64,000 nucleotides of DNA from Gammaproteobacteria bacterium (GTDB lineage: Bacteria; Pseudomonadota; Gammaproteobacteria; Eutrophobiales; Eutrophobiaceae), in contig OZ250183.1 of assembly GCA_965238225.1 (NCBI GenBank), forward strand, positions 308,680 through 372,679. The letters run 5' to 3'. The position numbers and the translations under genes are program-made. The stretch's first letter is position 1. Every line of letters starts with the position of its first letter. This document shows, in pieces, positions 20,540 through 32,643 of the stretch. Below the pieces are notes generated by a model, which was not told the origin of the DNA, made no database searches, and worked only from the letters and a program-made list of their open reading frames with translations.

Positions 20540-21355
20540 TTACCTTTGACAAACGGAGCAATAAAAAGAAGAACGCTGTCCGAGTTTGATTTCTTTTATT
20601 TTTGATGCGCATTTTGGGCAAGGCTTGTTTTTCCTTGCGTAGACATTTAATTGTTGTTGAAAATATCCAGGCTTGCCATCTTCGTTCACAAAATCACGCA
20701 ATGTTGTACCGCCTTGTTTGATTGCTTGTTTTAATACGTTTTTTATCGTACTTGCAAGCAGTTTATAACGCTGTTTTGATATATTTCCCGCTTTTCGTTT
20801 TGGGTTTATAGCAGAGAGAAATAAAGATTCATTGGCGTATATATTGCCGACACCGACAACATGATGGCTATCCATAATAAAATTTTTGATGGCTTGTGTT
20901 CTACCTTTTGATCTTTTATACAGCCATTCTCCGTTAAAATATCTGCTTAATGGTTCTGGACCAAGATCTTTAATTAATTTATGTTGTAGTGGATCGTTCT
21001 TAGTCCAGAGGATCGATCCAAATCTACGCGGATCATGAAAACGAAGCATGTTGCCCGATGCAAATAGAATATCAAAATGATCATGTTTTTCTGGTTTTAT
21101 ATCTGAGCTTACGATGCGCAGGTTACCCGACATACCCAAGTGCATAATCATACATCCGCTGTCTGTATAACAAAGTAGGTATTTCCCACGTCTGTCTATC
21201 TTCTGAAATTGTGTGTTTAATATATATTTCTTAAGTGTGTTTGTTATTGGCCAACGTAAGTTTTTATTGCGGATGACAACACCTTTTATCACTTGTCCCG
21301 TGATATGAGGCGTGATGCCTAATCGGATAGTTTCGACCTCTGGCAATTCTGGCAT
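20540..21355 (-). CDS. mutM: formamidopyrimidine-DNA glycosylase
   Basis: MPELPEVETIR N-terminus and C-terminal zinc finger CPKC...CSVC. Confidence 0.95.
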   Translation of the reverse strand: MPELPEVETIRLGITPHITGQVIKGVVIRNKNLRWPITNTLKKYILNTQFQKIDRRGKYLLCYTDSGCMIMHLGMSGNLRIVSSDIKPEKHDHFDILFASGNMLRFHDPRRFGSILWTKNDPLQHKLIKDLGPEPLSRYFNGEWLYKRSKGRTQAIKNFIMDSHHVVGVGNIYANESLFLSAINPKRKAGNISKQRYKLLASTIKNVLKQAIKQGGTTLRDFVNEDGKPGYFQQQLNVYARKNKPCPKCASKIKEIKLGQRSSFYCSVCQR

Positions 21356-21362
21356 ATGCTAC

Positions 21363-22199
21363 TCAGATTGTTTCGTTGTTTTTAGTTGCTGGTTTTTCAG
21401 GAAACAGGCTACCTGAAACGGTATTGCTAATATGATATTGAATGGCTTTCTCTGGTCTGGCAAGGATTAGATTTGGTCTGTTGGAAATAATAATGAACTC
21501 AATCAACTCGCTTGTGCCAAGCTCTATTTTTATGGTGTCGATAGCTTCAATTTCTTCATATTTGCGAACGGAAACCGATTCTACTTTTTTCCATGAATTA
21601 ATAATTTGTTTATGCGCATCGGATAGCGCCTTATCCTTAGTATTTTTAATATTTAGTTCAGGCAGTTGGATGCTCTTTATCGAAGTATCAGGAGGAAGTA
21701 ATTTTGCGCTGAGGAAAAAAATCGCAGAAGCTTGTAGCTGATGGAAGAGGCCAGCGTTAATAATATGTACAGTATCTTTTATTAGTACGTAACGTAATTT
21801 TTCCTCCAGAGGGTTGGTATCTCCAAAGGCAATATGTGTATCATTCAACACTATAGAAACTCTGGGCACTGCCAATATATAAGGCGTTAAGTCGTTGTCT
21901 GGTGCGCTAAAACTAGCATAGCTATGAGCCCCCAACAGCCTTAACATTACCCTGATTCGTGCAGGGTTTGCTGGCAATTTAAACGGACTTTGCATGATCC
22001 AGTTACCCGCTTGCTTTTGAAAAATGATATCGTCCAGATTGCGTCTTTCTATATGAATGGTGTGAATGCTATCGGGTTCAATATCCGTCAAAGTAACTTC
22101 GGGTTCAACAATTTCTTCACTTTCACCTAGGTTTAAAAATATTGCTAGGGAAATGACACAAAGAAAAATAAATAAATTGATAAAAAAACGTAGTCGCAT
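21363..22199 (-). CDS. DUF4340-like protein (GldG-associated), N-terminal membrane anchor
   Basis: ORF 21363-22247. I prefer the start MRLRFFINLFIFLCV at 22199, 7 nt after the GldG stop. The family call rests on position and architecture only. Confidence 0.5.
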   Translation of the reverse strand: MRLRFFINLFIFLCVISLAIFLNLGESEEIVEPEVTLTDIEPDSIHTIHIERRNLDDIIFQKQAGNWIMQSPFKLPANPARIRVMLRLLGAHSYASFSAPDNDLTPYILAVPRVSIVLNDTHIAFGDTNPLEEKLRYVLIKDTVHIINAGLFHQLQASAIFFLSAKLLPPDTSIKSIQLPELNIKNTKDKALSDAHKQIINSWKKVESVSVRKYEEIEAIDTIKIELGTSELIEFIIISNRPNLILARPEKAIQYHISNTVSGSLFPEKPATKNNETI

Positions 22200-22206
22200 G
22201 GAAGGG

Positions 22207-23592
22207 TTATTGTTTTTTTCTGCGCCACCAGATAAATAAGCCAGCACCGAGGAAAATTAATGGCAAGACTAAAATAAAACCAAATCCAATAATCCATGAT
22301 GCATAGTCAGGAAATTCAAGATGTGCATCACTGATCGTTTTTGCCGGGATACTTATGAAACTATCATCATTGCTTAACCAGTTAATTAGGCGCACACCAA
22401 AATCAAGATTGCCGCTGTTACCGACATAAGCATTAGAAAGAAAATCTCCATCACCAATAATAATAATTCTTTGTTGGGTGCTGGAAGAGGTTGTGTTTGA
22501 TTCATTGTGTATTGTTCTTTCCAGAGTAATGCCAATATCCAATGAACCTGATGTATCGCTATCTTCATTAAATTCAACTTCGCCTTGAAGTGAACCAGTT
22601 TCTAACCAGGAATGTTCACTACTTATTAATAGACTGGATTTATTCCATTTCTCAAGATGTTCTGCTTGCTCTTCTATCTGTATGGATGTTGTTGTTGGGA
22701 AAAAAGTTGTTAAGTTAAATGCTTTGGTGATGGCGTGTTCAGGGTACATATCTGGAGTGTTGATGAGGATGGTTGGATCTTCTATGTTCAAAAGGCTGCC
22801 AGAAGAATCAACCATCATGCCTGCGCGGATTTTTACATTCAATTGATCAGCCAATGATTCCAGCCCATGTAGACTGCTTGGATCAGCAAGCCAGAGAATA
22901 TTGCCGCCACGTGATATATATTCAACGATAAGCGTGATTTCTTCTGCAAAAATATCTACCGTAGGCGATGCGATGATTAATATTTTAGTGTTATTAGGGA
23001 CGGCCTCGGCAGTAGCAAGATTCAATGGTTGAATCTTGAAACCTCTCAAAACGAGTTGAGATGCCCACAGCTTGAGGTCGTGATTAGCCGTACCAAGAGG
23101 ATTGCGCTCTCCATGCCCCTCAAGAAAAGCCAACCAATACTTAGAACCACGCACAAGGCGTTGAAGTGCATTGGTGAATTCTTCCTCAGCACCGGTTTTT
23201 ACGTGCTCGGTGCGCCCTTGGTAATGAAGTAACAATTCGCCATTAACACTAATGCCAATATTGCGGATTTCATCAGGCACAACATCCGGGTTGATAAAGT
23301 GAAGATTAATATCTGTTTTGAACCTTTGGTAACGCCCAACAATTTTTTTAATTGTTTGTCTTAGTGCAGCATCAGATCTGGCATATGCAGTTATTTCAAC
23401 AGAGCCATCCATTTGATCCAGAACTTCTTGGCTTGCCTGTGACAAGGTATGGCGTCCACTTTGTGTCCAGTCCATTTGTGTTTGATAACGCACACTTAAC
23501 CAAGCAAGCAATATAGTCAGGCAAACTATCAATAATGGTGTGATGAATCTGTTAAAATGAGATTGTAAGCGTAGTTTGGAAGTAATTTTCAT
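22207..23592 (-). CDS. GldG-like ABC-transporter auxiliary protein
   Basis: 461 aa with N- and C-terminal TM helices around a large exported domain. Follows an ABC-2 permease, as GldG does. Confidence 0.7.
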   Translation of the reverse strand: MKITSKLRLQSHFNRFITPLLIVCLTILLAWLSVRYQTQMDWTQSGRHTLSQASQEVLDQMDGSVEITAYARSDAALRQTIKKIVGRYQRFKTDINLHFINPDVVPDEIRNIGISVNGELLLHYQGRTEHVKTGAEEEFTNALQRLVRGSKYWLAFLEGHGERNPLGTANHDLKLWASQLVLRGFKIQPLNLATAEAVPNNTKILIIASPTVDIFAEEITLIVEYISRGGNILWLADPSSLHGLESLADQLNVKIRAGMMVDSSGSLLNIEDPTILINTPDMYPEHAITKAFNLTTFFPTTTSIQIEEQAEHLEKWNKSSLLISSEHSWLETGSLQGEVEFNEDSDTSGSLDIGITLERTIHNESNTTSSSTQQRIIIIGDGDFLSNAYVGNSGNLDFGVRLINWLSNDDSFISIPAKTISDAHLEFPDYASWIIGFGFILVLPLIFLGAGLFIWWRRKKQ

Positions 23593-23595
23593 GAC

Positions 23596-24339
23596 TTAAT
23601 ACAGTCGTTCATTATCCAGTCGCCAGATACTGAGGATGATAAATGCGCTATTTACCAGTAGGTAATAAATAACATCTGTAGAATTAAAAATTCCGTCTAA
23701 GAGATTATGATAATGATTTAACAATGATACATAGTTCAGTATCTCTCTAAATAATCCTGTGCTGGTATTGCCTGCCATATTCATAATCCATAGTACGAAT
23801 AAAATAGCAAAGGTACTAATAGCTGCAATGGCAGGCTGGCTTGTCAAAGAAGACACAAACAAACCAATTGCTGCAAAAGAGCTCGTTAGCAATACCATGC
23901 CTATGAAAGCCGAGAGTAGTTGCAATAGATCAAGCTCAGTACCCATGAGCAGTGAAAGCGGCATCAAGGCAATCAAGCCTAGTAGTAAAAATAAATAGCT
24001 AAGCACCCCGATATATTTGCCCAAGACAAGCTCGGTAATGGATACAGGTGAGGAGAGTAATAATTTTATACTGCCTGTCTGACGTTCTTCACTAAAGGTA
24101 TTCATGGTCACAAAAGGCGTAATCAGCAGTAGGATGATGCCTGCAATTTGCATAAGCCCAACTACAACAATTTCAGTTACTCCATAATTAGAAAATAATG
24201 AAGCTGTAGCCAGATTGGTAAGAATCAAGAGGAAAAATATTGCCATAAGAAATTGTACGACTACGCAGATTATCCACGCCAGAGGTGATTTAAATAATCG
24301 TTTTAGATCATGTGTTGCTATATGGAAAATAATTTTCAT
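23596..24339 (-). CDS. ABC-2 type permease (GldF-like)
   Basis: 247 aa polytopic membrane protein. Overlaps the ATPase stop by 4 nt. Confidence 0.75.
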   Translation of the reverse strand: MKIIFHIATHDLKRLFKSPLAWIICVVVQFLMAIFFLLILTNLATASLFSNYGVTEIVVVGLMQIAGIILLLITPFVTMNTFSEERQTGSIKLLLSSPVSITELVLGKYIGVLSYLFLLLGLIALMPLSLLMGTELDLLQLLSAFIGMVLLTSSFAAIGLFVSSLTSQPAIAAISTFAILFVLWIMNMAGNTSTGLFREILNYVSLLNHYHNLLDGIFNSTDVIYYLLVNSAFIILSIWRLDNERLY

Positions 24340-25325
24340 TCTGCATTTCCCATGGCGGTATCAAGATTTTCATTTGACGCAAGTTTATTTTCTCCACGGG
24401 TGAGCTGCACAAAGATTTCCTCAAGACAATTCTGTTCGGGAATCATTTCATAGAGTTCCCACTCGGATTCGACCGCTAATTTTGTTATTCGGTTTATTGT
24501 GTTAATGCCTGGTTCACAATAAAATTTGAAATGATGACTATCTATTTTCTCAATGTTGATGACACCTTCTATTTTGCCCAAAATCTCCATAGATGGTGGT
24601 TGTCGTAAGGAAATTTTTAGCAGTGTTCTTTGATTATCTTGTTGTAGTTTTTCCAAAGATTCATTCAGTACAATCTTGCCTTGGTTAATAATTAGAATAC
24701 GATCGCAGACGCTTTGTGCTTCAGTAAGTATATGCGTAGATAAAATTACGCTGTGATCATTGCCCAATTCGCTGATGAGTTCTCTGATTTCCAGAATCTG
24801 ATTTGGATCCAGTCCTGAAGTTGGTTCATCAAGAATCACAATTGCAGGGGAATGAATAATTGCCTGAGCAATGCCGACACGTTGTTTGAAGCCCTTTGAC
24901 AAGTTTTTAATAAGACGTTTGCCAGTTTCTTCTAGGCCACAGCGTTGCTTGCTTTGTACGACCGCTTTTTTTAATTCAGTTTTCCTAATGCCACGTAAAC
25001 GTGCTGCGTAGTATAGGTATTCATCTACGTTTAAATCTTGATATAAAGGGGGTTGTTCAGGAAGAAAGCCGATGTGTCGTTTAGAAGCCTTAGGTGAATC
25101 AAATATATCATGGCCTGCAACGGTAATTTTTCCTGCACTGGCGGATAAAATACCACATATAATTTGCATGGTTGTGCTTTTACCTGCGCCATTTGGGCCT
25201 AAAAGACCAAGCACCTCGCCTTGATGCACGGCAAAGCTAATATCGTTAATTGCACAATTATCACCGTAATAGCGGGAAATGTGCTCGGCGGAGATGAGAA
25301 TTTCCTTGTCCATTACGAAGTTCAT
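24336..25325 (-). CDS. ABC transporter ATP-binding protein
   Basis: GPNGAGKST (Walker A), LSKGFKQR (signature-like), VILDEPTSGLD (Walker B). Start uncertain: 25325 or 25313 rather than 25397. Confidence 0.9.
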   Translation of the reverse strand: MNFVMDKEILISAEHISRYYGDNCAINDISFAVHQGEVLGLLGPNGAGKSTTMQIICGILSASAGKITVAGHDIFDSPKASKRHIGFLPEQPPLYQDLNVDEYLYYAARLRGIRKTELKKAVVQSKQRCGLEETGKRLIKNLSKGFKQRVGIAQAIIHSPAIVILDEPTSGLDPNQILEIRELISELGNDHSVILSTHILTEAQSVCDRILIINQGKIVLNESLEKLQQDNQRTLLKISLRQPPSMEILGKIEGVINIEKIDSHHFKFYCEPGINTINRITKLAVESEWELYEMIPEQNCLEEIFVQLTRGENKLASNENLDTAMGNAE

Positions 25326-25442
25326 TGAGAGGATATTATTCAAACCAACAGAGGTGTTGCAAGATAAAATAGAACAAAACAAGTTTACTGGCAACAAAAA
25401 CCTACCGTAAGCGGGTTTTTGATTTGATATAGCTAAAAGACG

Positions 25443-25598
25443 CTATCTTATTTTAGCTTCTTTATACATTACATGCCTTCTCACAACAGGATCAAATTTT
25501 TTGATTTCCATTTTCTCTGGCATGGTACGTTTGTTCTTACAGGTTGTGTAATAGTGCCCAGTGCCAGCTGAAGAAACGAGTTTTATTTTGTCAGCCAT
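25443..25598 (-). CDS. rpmG: 50S ribosomal protein L33
   Basis: Own translation (below the ORF-track size cut-off): [51 protein letters not shown]. Confidence 0.9.
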   Translation of the reverse strand: MADKIKLVSSAGTGHYYTTCKNKRTMPEKMEIKKFDPVVRRHVMYKEAKIR

Positions 25599-25644
25599 AA
25601 TATATTTTCTTTAGTATATTTTCTTTAGCGCATTTTCTCTGGGT

Positions 25645-25890
25645 TTACGTTTCTATGCCTTTTTTGCCGCATGCGCGGATTTCTTTTAAAACAGTCTCAA
25701 TACCTTTTTTGTCGATAATACGTAAACCTTTACTGCTGACGCGCAATTTAATCCAACGATTCTCATTTTCTAACCAAAAACGATGGCTGTGTAAATTTGG
25801 CAAGAAACGCCGCCGCGTTCTGTTGTTGGCGTGGGAGACATTGTTCCCTGACATCGGGCGTTTACCCGTTACTTGGCATACTCGTGACAT
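25645..25890 (-). CDS. rpmB: 50S ribosomal protein L28
   Basis: [33 protein letters not shown]. Confidence 0.95.
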   Translation of the reverse strand: MSRVCQVTGKRPMSGNNVSHANNRTRRRFLPNLHSHRFWLENENRWIKLRVSSKGLRIIDKKGIETVLKEIRACGKKGIET

Positions 25891-26220
25891 TTAATTCTAA
25901 ATCTTTAATCTGTTAGGTAAGGGGTGCGGATTGTACATGGGTTGAGTCGCTTCTCCAAGTATTTCGAGGTTTTTATGAAGACGTTTATCTTGCCGCCCCA
26001 GTACGCGAGATTATGTAAGCGAGATTATGCAATTTTGTCCTATCTTGAAAAAGAGCAGATTATAAGGAATATCTGGCTTAAAATTAATCAAGGAATTAGG
26101 CATTGTTCAAAAATTATTATTAATGGAAATGGTATGTTTGTAAAATTTAAGAGAAACTTGGTTTGATGACTATTTGCCAATCTTTAAAAAGATTGGCAAC
26201 TTGAAGGAATTTGTCGAATA

Positions 26221-27192
26221 TTGAAAAAGGGACATTTCGAAGATAGCCTCCAAGAACAACCGCGCGCCCAAGAAGGTGAAAAATTGAAAGTAAAAGTACC
26301 CCCGATTAAATCGCAAGGGATCAAGACAAAACTTGTACCTTGGATACACACCATTGTCCCCAAAAAATTTGAAGGTCGCTGGATAGAGCCTTTCATGGGC
26401 ACGGGCGTTGTGGGTTTTAATATTGCCCCGAAACATGCGATGATGTGCGATACCAATCCACATTTGATCGACTTCTACAATACGATTAAAAGTGGTGAAA
26501 TAACACCAGAAGTTGTAAGAAAATTCTTAAATGATGAAGGTGCGCTATTACTTGAAAGGGGTGACGAACACTATTACGCCATTCGCGAAAGGTTCAATGA
26601 GAAGCATCAACCACTGGACTTTTTATTCGTCAATCGGTCAGGGTTTAACGGTATGATCCGCTTCAATAAAAAAGGCGGATTTAATATACCGTTTTGCAGA
26701 AAGCCAAATAGGTTCGCACAAGCCTATGTTACCAAGATTGTGAATCAGGTTGATTATGTTTCACAGTTGTTGAAAGCAAAGGATTTTGCATTCAAATGCC
26801 AACCTTTTTCAAAAACTATAAAGCAAGCAAGGCTCGATGACATCATATATTGTGACCCACCTTATATAGGCAGACATGTAGACTACTTTAACGGATGGGA
26901 TGAAACACAAGAAAATAATCTTTTTAATATCTTGTCACAATCAAGAAGTAAATTCATTTTGTCAACATGGCATCATAATGATTTTCGTGAAAACGAATAT
27001 ATTGATTCCTTATGGAACAATTTTAATATACTAACAAGAGAACATTTTTATCACGTAGGTGGTAGTGAAAAAAATAGAAATCCTATGATTGAGGCCATAA
27101 TTACAAACTACGATACAAGATTTTTTCAGAATCAAAAAAAAGAAATACATGATCAGTCAATGCTGCTAGAGCAGAAAATGGTAACTACATAG
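26221..27192 (+). CDS. D12-class (Dam/EcoRV-like) N6-adenine DNA methyltransferase, orphan
   Basis: EPFMGTGVV (FxGxG AdoMet motif) and YCDPPY (DPPY catalytic motif). TTG start per the ORF track, with no in-frame ATG before the FxGxG motif. Confidence 0.85.
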   Translation: MKKGHFEDSLQEQPRAQEGEKLKVKVPPIKSQGIKTKLVPWIHTIVPKKFEGRWIEPFMGTGVVGFNIAPKHAMMCDTNPHLIDFYNTIKSGEITPEVVRKFLNDEGALLLERGDEHYYAIRERFNEKHQPLDFLFVNRSGFNGMIRFNKKGGFNIPFCRKPNRFAQAYVTKIVNQVDYVSQLLKAKDFAFKCQPFSKTIKQARLDDIIYCDPPYIGRHVDYFNGWDETQENNLFNILSQSRSKFILSTWHHNDFRENEYIDSLWNNFNILTREHFYHVGGSEKNRNPMIEAIITNYDTRFFQNQKKEIHDQSMLLEQKMVTT

Positions 27193-27296
27193 CAATGAGA
27201 GAATTATTAAAATAAAAGGATTTAGTAAATGTATGTTTGTAGGTTTAAGCATATAGGTCTTCAAAAATTTTATACTTTAGAATTTAAGTAAAATTA

Positions 27297-28550
27297 ATGG
27301 TGTTAATGAATAACTTAACAAACAAAAAAATACTTCTGGGTGTGACTGGCGGGATTGCCGCATACAAGAGCGCAGAATTGGTGAGGCGCTTACAAGAGCA
27401 AGGTGCGGATGTGCGTGTGGTAATGACGCGAAGCGCTTGTGAATTCATCACACCACTTACGATGCAGGCTTTGTCAGGTCACAAGGTGCATATAGAATTA
27501 CTGGAGCATGTAGTTGAATCTGGTATGAGCCATATTGAATTGGCACGCTGGAGTGACATAGTCCTAGTTGCGCCAGCAAGCGCCAATTTTATTGCACGTT
27601 TGGCACACGGATTGGCAGATGATCTATTAAGTACAGTGTGCTTGGCGACTGAAGCGCAAGTAGTTATTGCGCCTGCTATGAATAAACAAATGTGGACAAA
27701 CGTCGCCACACAGGAAAATATTGCGATACTAGGTCAGCGAGAACTAAAAATAGTCGGCCCATCTGTAGGCAGTCAGGCATGCGGGGAGACTGGACTGGGC
27801 AGGATGCTGGAACCAGAACAATTAATATCAGAAATAAGTCAGCTATTTTCTGTGGGCTCGCTCGCCCATCTGAAAATAGTGGTGACGGCAGGCCCAACCC
27901 ATGAAGCCATTGACCCGGTTCGCTACATTACCAATTATAGTTCGGGGCGAATGGGCTATGCGGTTGCCAAGGCAGCAGCTGAAGCTGGAGCCAGTGTGAC
28001 CTTGATTTCCGGGCCAGTGACCATTGCGCCACCATGCGAGGTTCACTGTATCAGTGTAGAGACTGCACTACAGATGCGTGATGCCACCATGTCAAATATT
28101 ATTGAATCTAATATTTTTGTCGCTGCAGCTGCGGTGGCGGATTATAGCTGCGTTTATATTGCTAGGCAAAAAATTAAAAAGAAATCAGACGATTACAGTC
28201 TGTTACTACAAAAGAGTCCTGACATTTTGGCGGAAGTTGCCAGTTTGCCACAGCCACCATTCACAGTTGGTTTTGCCGCTGAGACTGAAAACTTGTTAGA
28301 CAATGCCAAAACCAAGCTGCAAAACAAGAAACTGGATATGATTGCAGCAAATCAGGTGGGTGAAGGGCTTGGGTTTAATGCGGAAGAAAATGAACTGCAT
28401 ATATTTTGGCGTAGCGGAGGCGAAAGACAGGGACATCAAACCATAAAACAGCAGATACTGGAACGGATGCCAAAAGAAAAACTTGCACGTCAACTAATAA
28501 AGGTAATTGCAAATCACTACCATGAAAAAAATTCAATTCAAATGCATTGA
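27297..28550 (+). CDS. coaBC: bifunctional phosphopantothenoylcysteine decarboxylase / phosphopantothenate-cysteine ligase
   Basis: [13 protein letters not shown], two-domain length of 417 aa, AAAVADY. Confidence 0.95.
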   Translation: MVLMNNLTNKKILLGVTGGIAAYKSAELVRRLQEQGADVRVVMTRSACEFITPLTMQALSGHKVHIELLEHVVESGMSHIELARWSDIVLVAPASANFIARLAHGLADDLLSTVCLATEAQVVIAPAMNKQMWTNVATQENIAILGQRELKIVGPSVGSQACGETGLGRMLEPEQLISEISQLFSVGSLAHLKIVVTAGPTHEAIDPVRYITNYSSGRMGYAVAKAAAEAGASVTLISGPVTIAPPCEVHCISVETALQMRDATMSNIIESNIFVAAAAVADYSCVYIARQKIKKKSDDYSLLLQKSPDILAEVASLPQPPFTVGFAAETENLLDNAKTKLQNKKLDMIAANQVGEGLGFNAEENELHIFWRSGGERQGHQTIKQQILERMPKEKLARQLIKVIANHYHEKNSIQMH

Positions 28551-28974
28551 TAAAAGACTTGGCAATGAATTTCCGATGCCCAATTATGCAACTCTAGGTT
28601 CAGCAGGGATAGATATTAGTGCCTGCCTTCTTGAGCCGCTTTTGCTCAACCCTGGAGAAACCTCTTTGATACCCACTGGTTTTGCTATCCATATTGGAGA
28701 TGCTGGCCTCGCTGCTGTACTTTTGCCTCGTTCCGGACTTGGTCATAAAAAAGGCATTGTTTTAGGCAATTTGGTTGGTTTGATTGATTCAGATTATCAA
28801 GGCGAGGTATGTATTTCCTGTTGGAATCGTGGACATGAATCCTTCACAATAAATCCAGGAGATAGGATTGCGCAAATGGTTTTTATGCCAGTAGTTCAAG
28901 CAGTATTTGACATTGTTGATGAATTTGATAAAAGCCATCGTGGTGAAGGTGGTTTTGGTCATACAGGTGTTTAA
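28522..28974 (+). CDS. dut: dUTP diphosphatase
   Basis: [52 protein letters not shown]. Start at 28522 chosen by alignment with the E. coli Dut N-terminus. Confidence 0.95.
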   Translation: MKKIQFKCIDKRLGNEFPMPNYATLGSAGIDISACLLEPLLLNPGETSLIPTGFAIHIGDAGLAAVLLPRSGLGHKKGIVLGNLVGLIDSDYQGEVCISCWNRGHESFTINPGDRIAQMVFMPVVQAVFDIVDEFDKSHRGEGGFGHTGV

Positions 28975-29519
28975 GTGTAATTCTGTATTGGTTCAAGCAA
29001 TAGAGTTAGCCGACGTATAAATATAAGATGTAGTTAGAAATTTAGGGTTTATTGGGATAGTAAGTAGTAGCTGTGGGCTCAGTAACAGGCAGGAAATATA
29101 AGCAGGAAACGATACGTACTATCGTAATGATCGGAGCCATTTTGTTGTTGATGACAGTATTTGCAAGTGTGTTTGCTATAGAGAATAGTTTTGAAAAAAC
29201 GGAAAAGAAAACACAAAATAGCCCACAAGAAATTTCATCAAATGCAGTTGTGGTCGTGACGAAACTCAGTCGAGTCGGTAGAAGATAGTTACAAGCTCGC
29301 CCCTAGACAGATGATGATTCCATTAAGAGGTAATAATTACCCTAGGCTTTCCAAGGAAATGTTTAAAAATGATCCTGATTTTATTGTTGCCCTCAGGGTT
29401 ATTTTTTATCGACGAAAATTACCTAATTCAGAATCTCAGGATACATCCGAAAAAGAGCTTGGGTCTGATGCCGCTTTTAAGGATACTGTGGATATGAAGA
29501 ATAGTCATGGTTCGAAGAT

Positions 29520-31043
29520 TTGATTACAGATGCATCACAAGATGACGTGTCCTTAGACAATATAAACAGTGAAATGTCATCTACAGGATCGCCACCTGAT
29601 AAAAACCCTGTGCAGCAGGAAAGCTCGGAATTCATTTCCCTAGAGTCAGCATCACTTAGCGACCTTGAAATCTCGTCAGAAATATTTCGTGCCTACGATA
29701 TTCGCGGTGTCGTTGGCGAAACTTTGTCTGTGTCCGTTGTCCGTGAAATCGGGCGTGCAATAGGCAGTGAAACTTGTGAACGCGGGCAGCAGAGTATCGT
29801 CGTTGCGCGCGATGGACGAATAAGTAGCCCTGAGTTATGTGGCGCCTTAATTGAAGGATTGCGTGCATCAGGACGAGATGTCATCGATATTGGCGTGGTA
29901 CCAACTCCGGTGTTGTATTTTGCGACACATCATCTAGCAACTAGGAGTGGAGTGATGCTTACAGGGAGTCATAATGATCCTGAATATAATGGTTTAAAGG
30001 TAGTGCTTGATGGTGAGGCTTTGTCGGGCGCTGCTATTACAGAAATTTATGATCGGATTGTGAATAATAAACTGTCTGAAGGTCAAGGTAGTTTGCAGGC
30101 AGACGATATCAGGGATCATTATTTAAAAAGAATTACAGATGATATTCCTACTGCCACAAATGGCATATTCAAGATTGTCGTGGACTGTGGTAACGGTGTC
30201 GCCGGTCATTTGGCACCTAAACTTTACAGAGCCATGGGTCATGATGTCATAGAATTATATTGTGACATTGACGGTAGTTTCCCAAATCATCAGCCTGATC
30301 TTAGCCAGCCAGAGAATTTGCAGTCGTTGATAGAGACAGTCAAAAAGGAAAATGCAGATCTAGGTTTTGCGTTTGATGGTGATGGTGACCGCTTGGGTAT
30401 CGTTGATGGTGATGGAAATATTATCTGGCCGGATAGGCAGATGATGTTATTTGCAAAGGATGTTTTGTCTAGGAATCATAAGGCAATAATAATATTTGAT
30501 GTTAAATGTAGCCGTCATCTGCGGGCAATCATTGAGACCAGTGGCGGAACACCATTGATGTGGAAATCAGGACATTCTCTGATCAAGTCGAAAATGAAAG
30601 AAGTCGATGCATTGTTGGCTGGTGAAATGAGCGGACATATATTTTTCAAGGATCGCTGGTTTGGTTTTGATGATGCAATGTATGCAGGTGCCAGAACTTT
30701 GGAAATATTAGCAAACAGCAAAGATACTCCTGCCAAAATCTTTGCTGCATTGCCAGGCGGTATATCGACGCATGAACTTCGCATCCCTCTAGCAGAAAAA
30801 CATCATGAAAAAATAATGCGGATTATGAAAGATAAAATGGTATTTGAAGGTGCGGAGGTAACAGACATTGATGGACTGCGTGTCGATTTTTCAGATGGCT
30901 GGGGTTTGGTCAGGCCATCAAATACAAGCCCATATTTAGTCGCCAGATTTGAGGCGGAAAGCAAAGAGACTCTGGAAAGGATACAGGCAGAGTTTCGTGA
31001 TTTATTACAATCGGTTTCAGCAGACTTAAAGCTGCCGTTTTGA
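29520..31043 (+). CDS. algC: phosphomannomutase/phosphoglucomutase
   Basis: IFRAYDIRGVVG, TGSHNDPEYNG (active-site Ser), FDGDGDR (Mg site). Start uncertain: TTG at 29520 or ATG at 29571. Confidence 0.9.
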   Translation: MITDASQDDVSLDNINSEMSSTGSPPDKNPVQQESSEFISLESASLSDLEISSEIFRAYDIRGVVGETLSVSVVREIGRAIGSETCERGQQSIVVARDGRISSPELCGALIEGLRASGRDVIDIGVVPTPVLYFATHHLATRSGVMLTGSHNDPEYNGLKVVLDGEALSGAAITEIYDRIVNNKLSEGQGSLQADDIRDHYLKRITDDIPTATNGIFKIVVDCGNGVAGHLAPKLYRAMGHDVIELYCDIDGSFPNHQPDLSQPENLQSLIETVKKENADLGFAFDGDGDRLGIVDGDGNIIWPDRQMMLFAKDVLSRNHKAIIIFDVKCSRHLRAIIETSGGTPLMWKSGHSLIKSKMKEVDALLAGEMSGHIFFKDRWFGFDDAMYAGARTLEILANSKDTPAKIFAALPGGISTHELRIPLAEKHHEKIMRIMKDKMVFEGAEVTDIDGLRVDFSDGWGLVRPSNTSPYLVARFEAESKETLERIQAEFRDLLQSVSADLKLPF

Positions 31044-31088
31044 TAAGCTATCTTGGCAGTGGCTAAGTATTAAAAATACAAAAGTTAA

Positions 31089-32626
<1,538 letters not shown>

Positions 32627-32643
32627 TTTCTCTCTGACAGTTA

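Noticed and set aside
25924-26166. An 80-aa GTG-started ORF upstream of the Dam-like methyltransferase, as a possible controller (C) protein
   Set aside because: No helix-turn-helix-like segment, no SD and a poor start context. It lies in the rpmB promoter region.
26170-26463. Two overlapping minus-strand ORFs (97 and 90 aa) across the methyltransferase start
   Set aside because: They are antisense to the methyltransferase N-terminus, which carries the FxGxG motif. No family resemblance.
29073-29523. Annotating the 71-aa and 70-aa ORFs ahead of algC as independent genes
   Set aside because: They have non-ATG or weak starts, abut each other in different frames and have no family signal. They are reported as a finding instead of as features.
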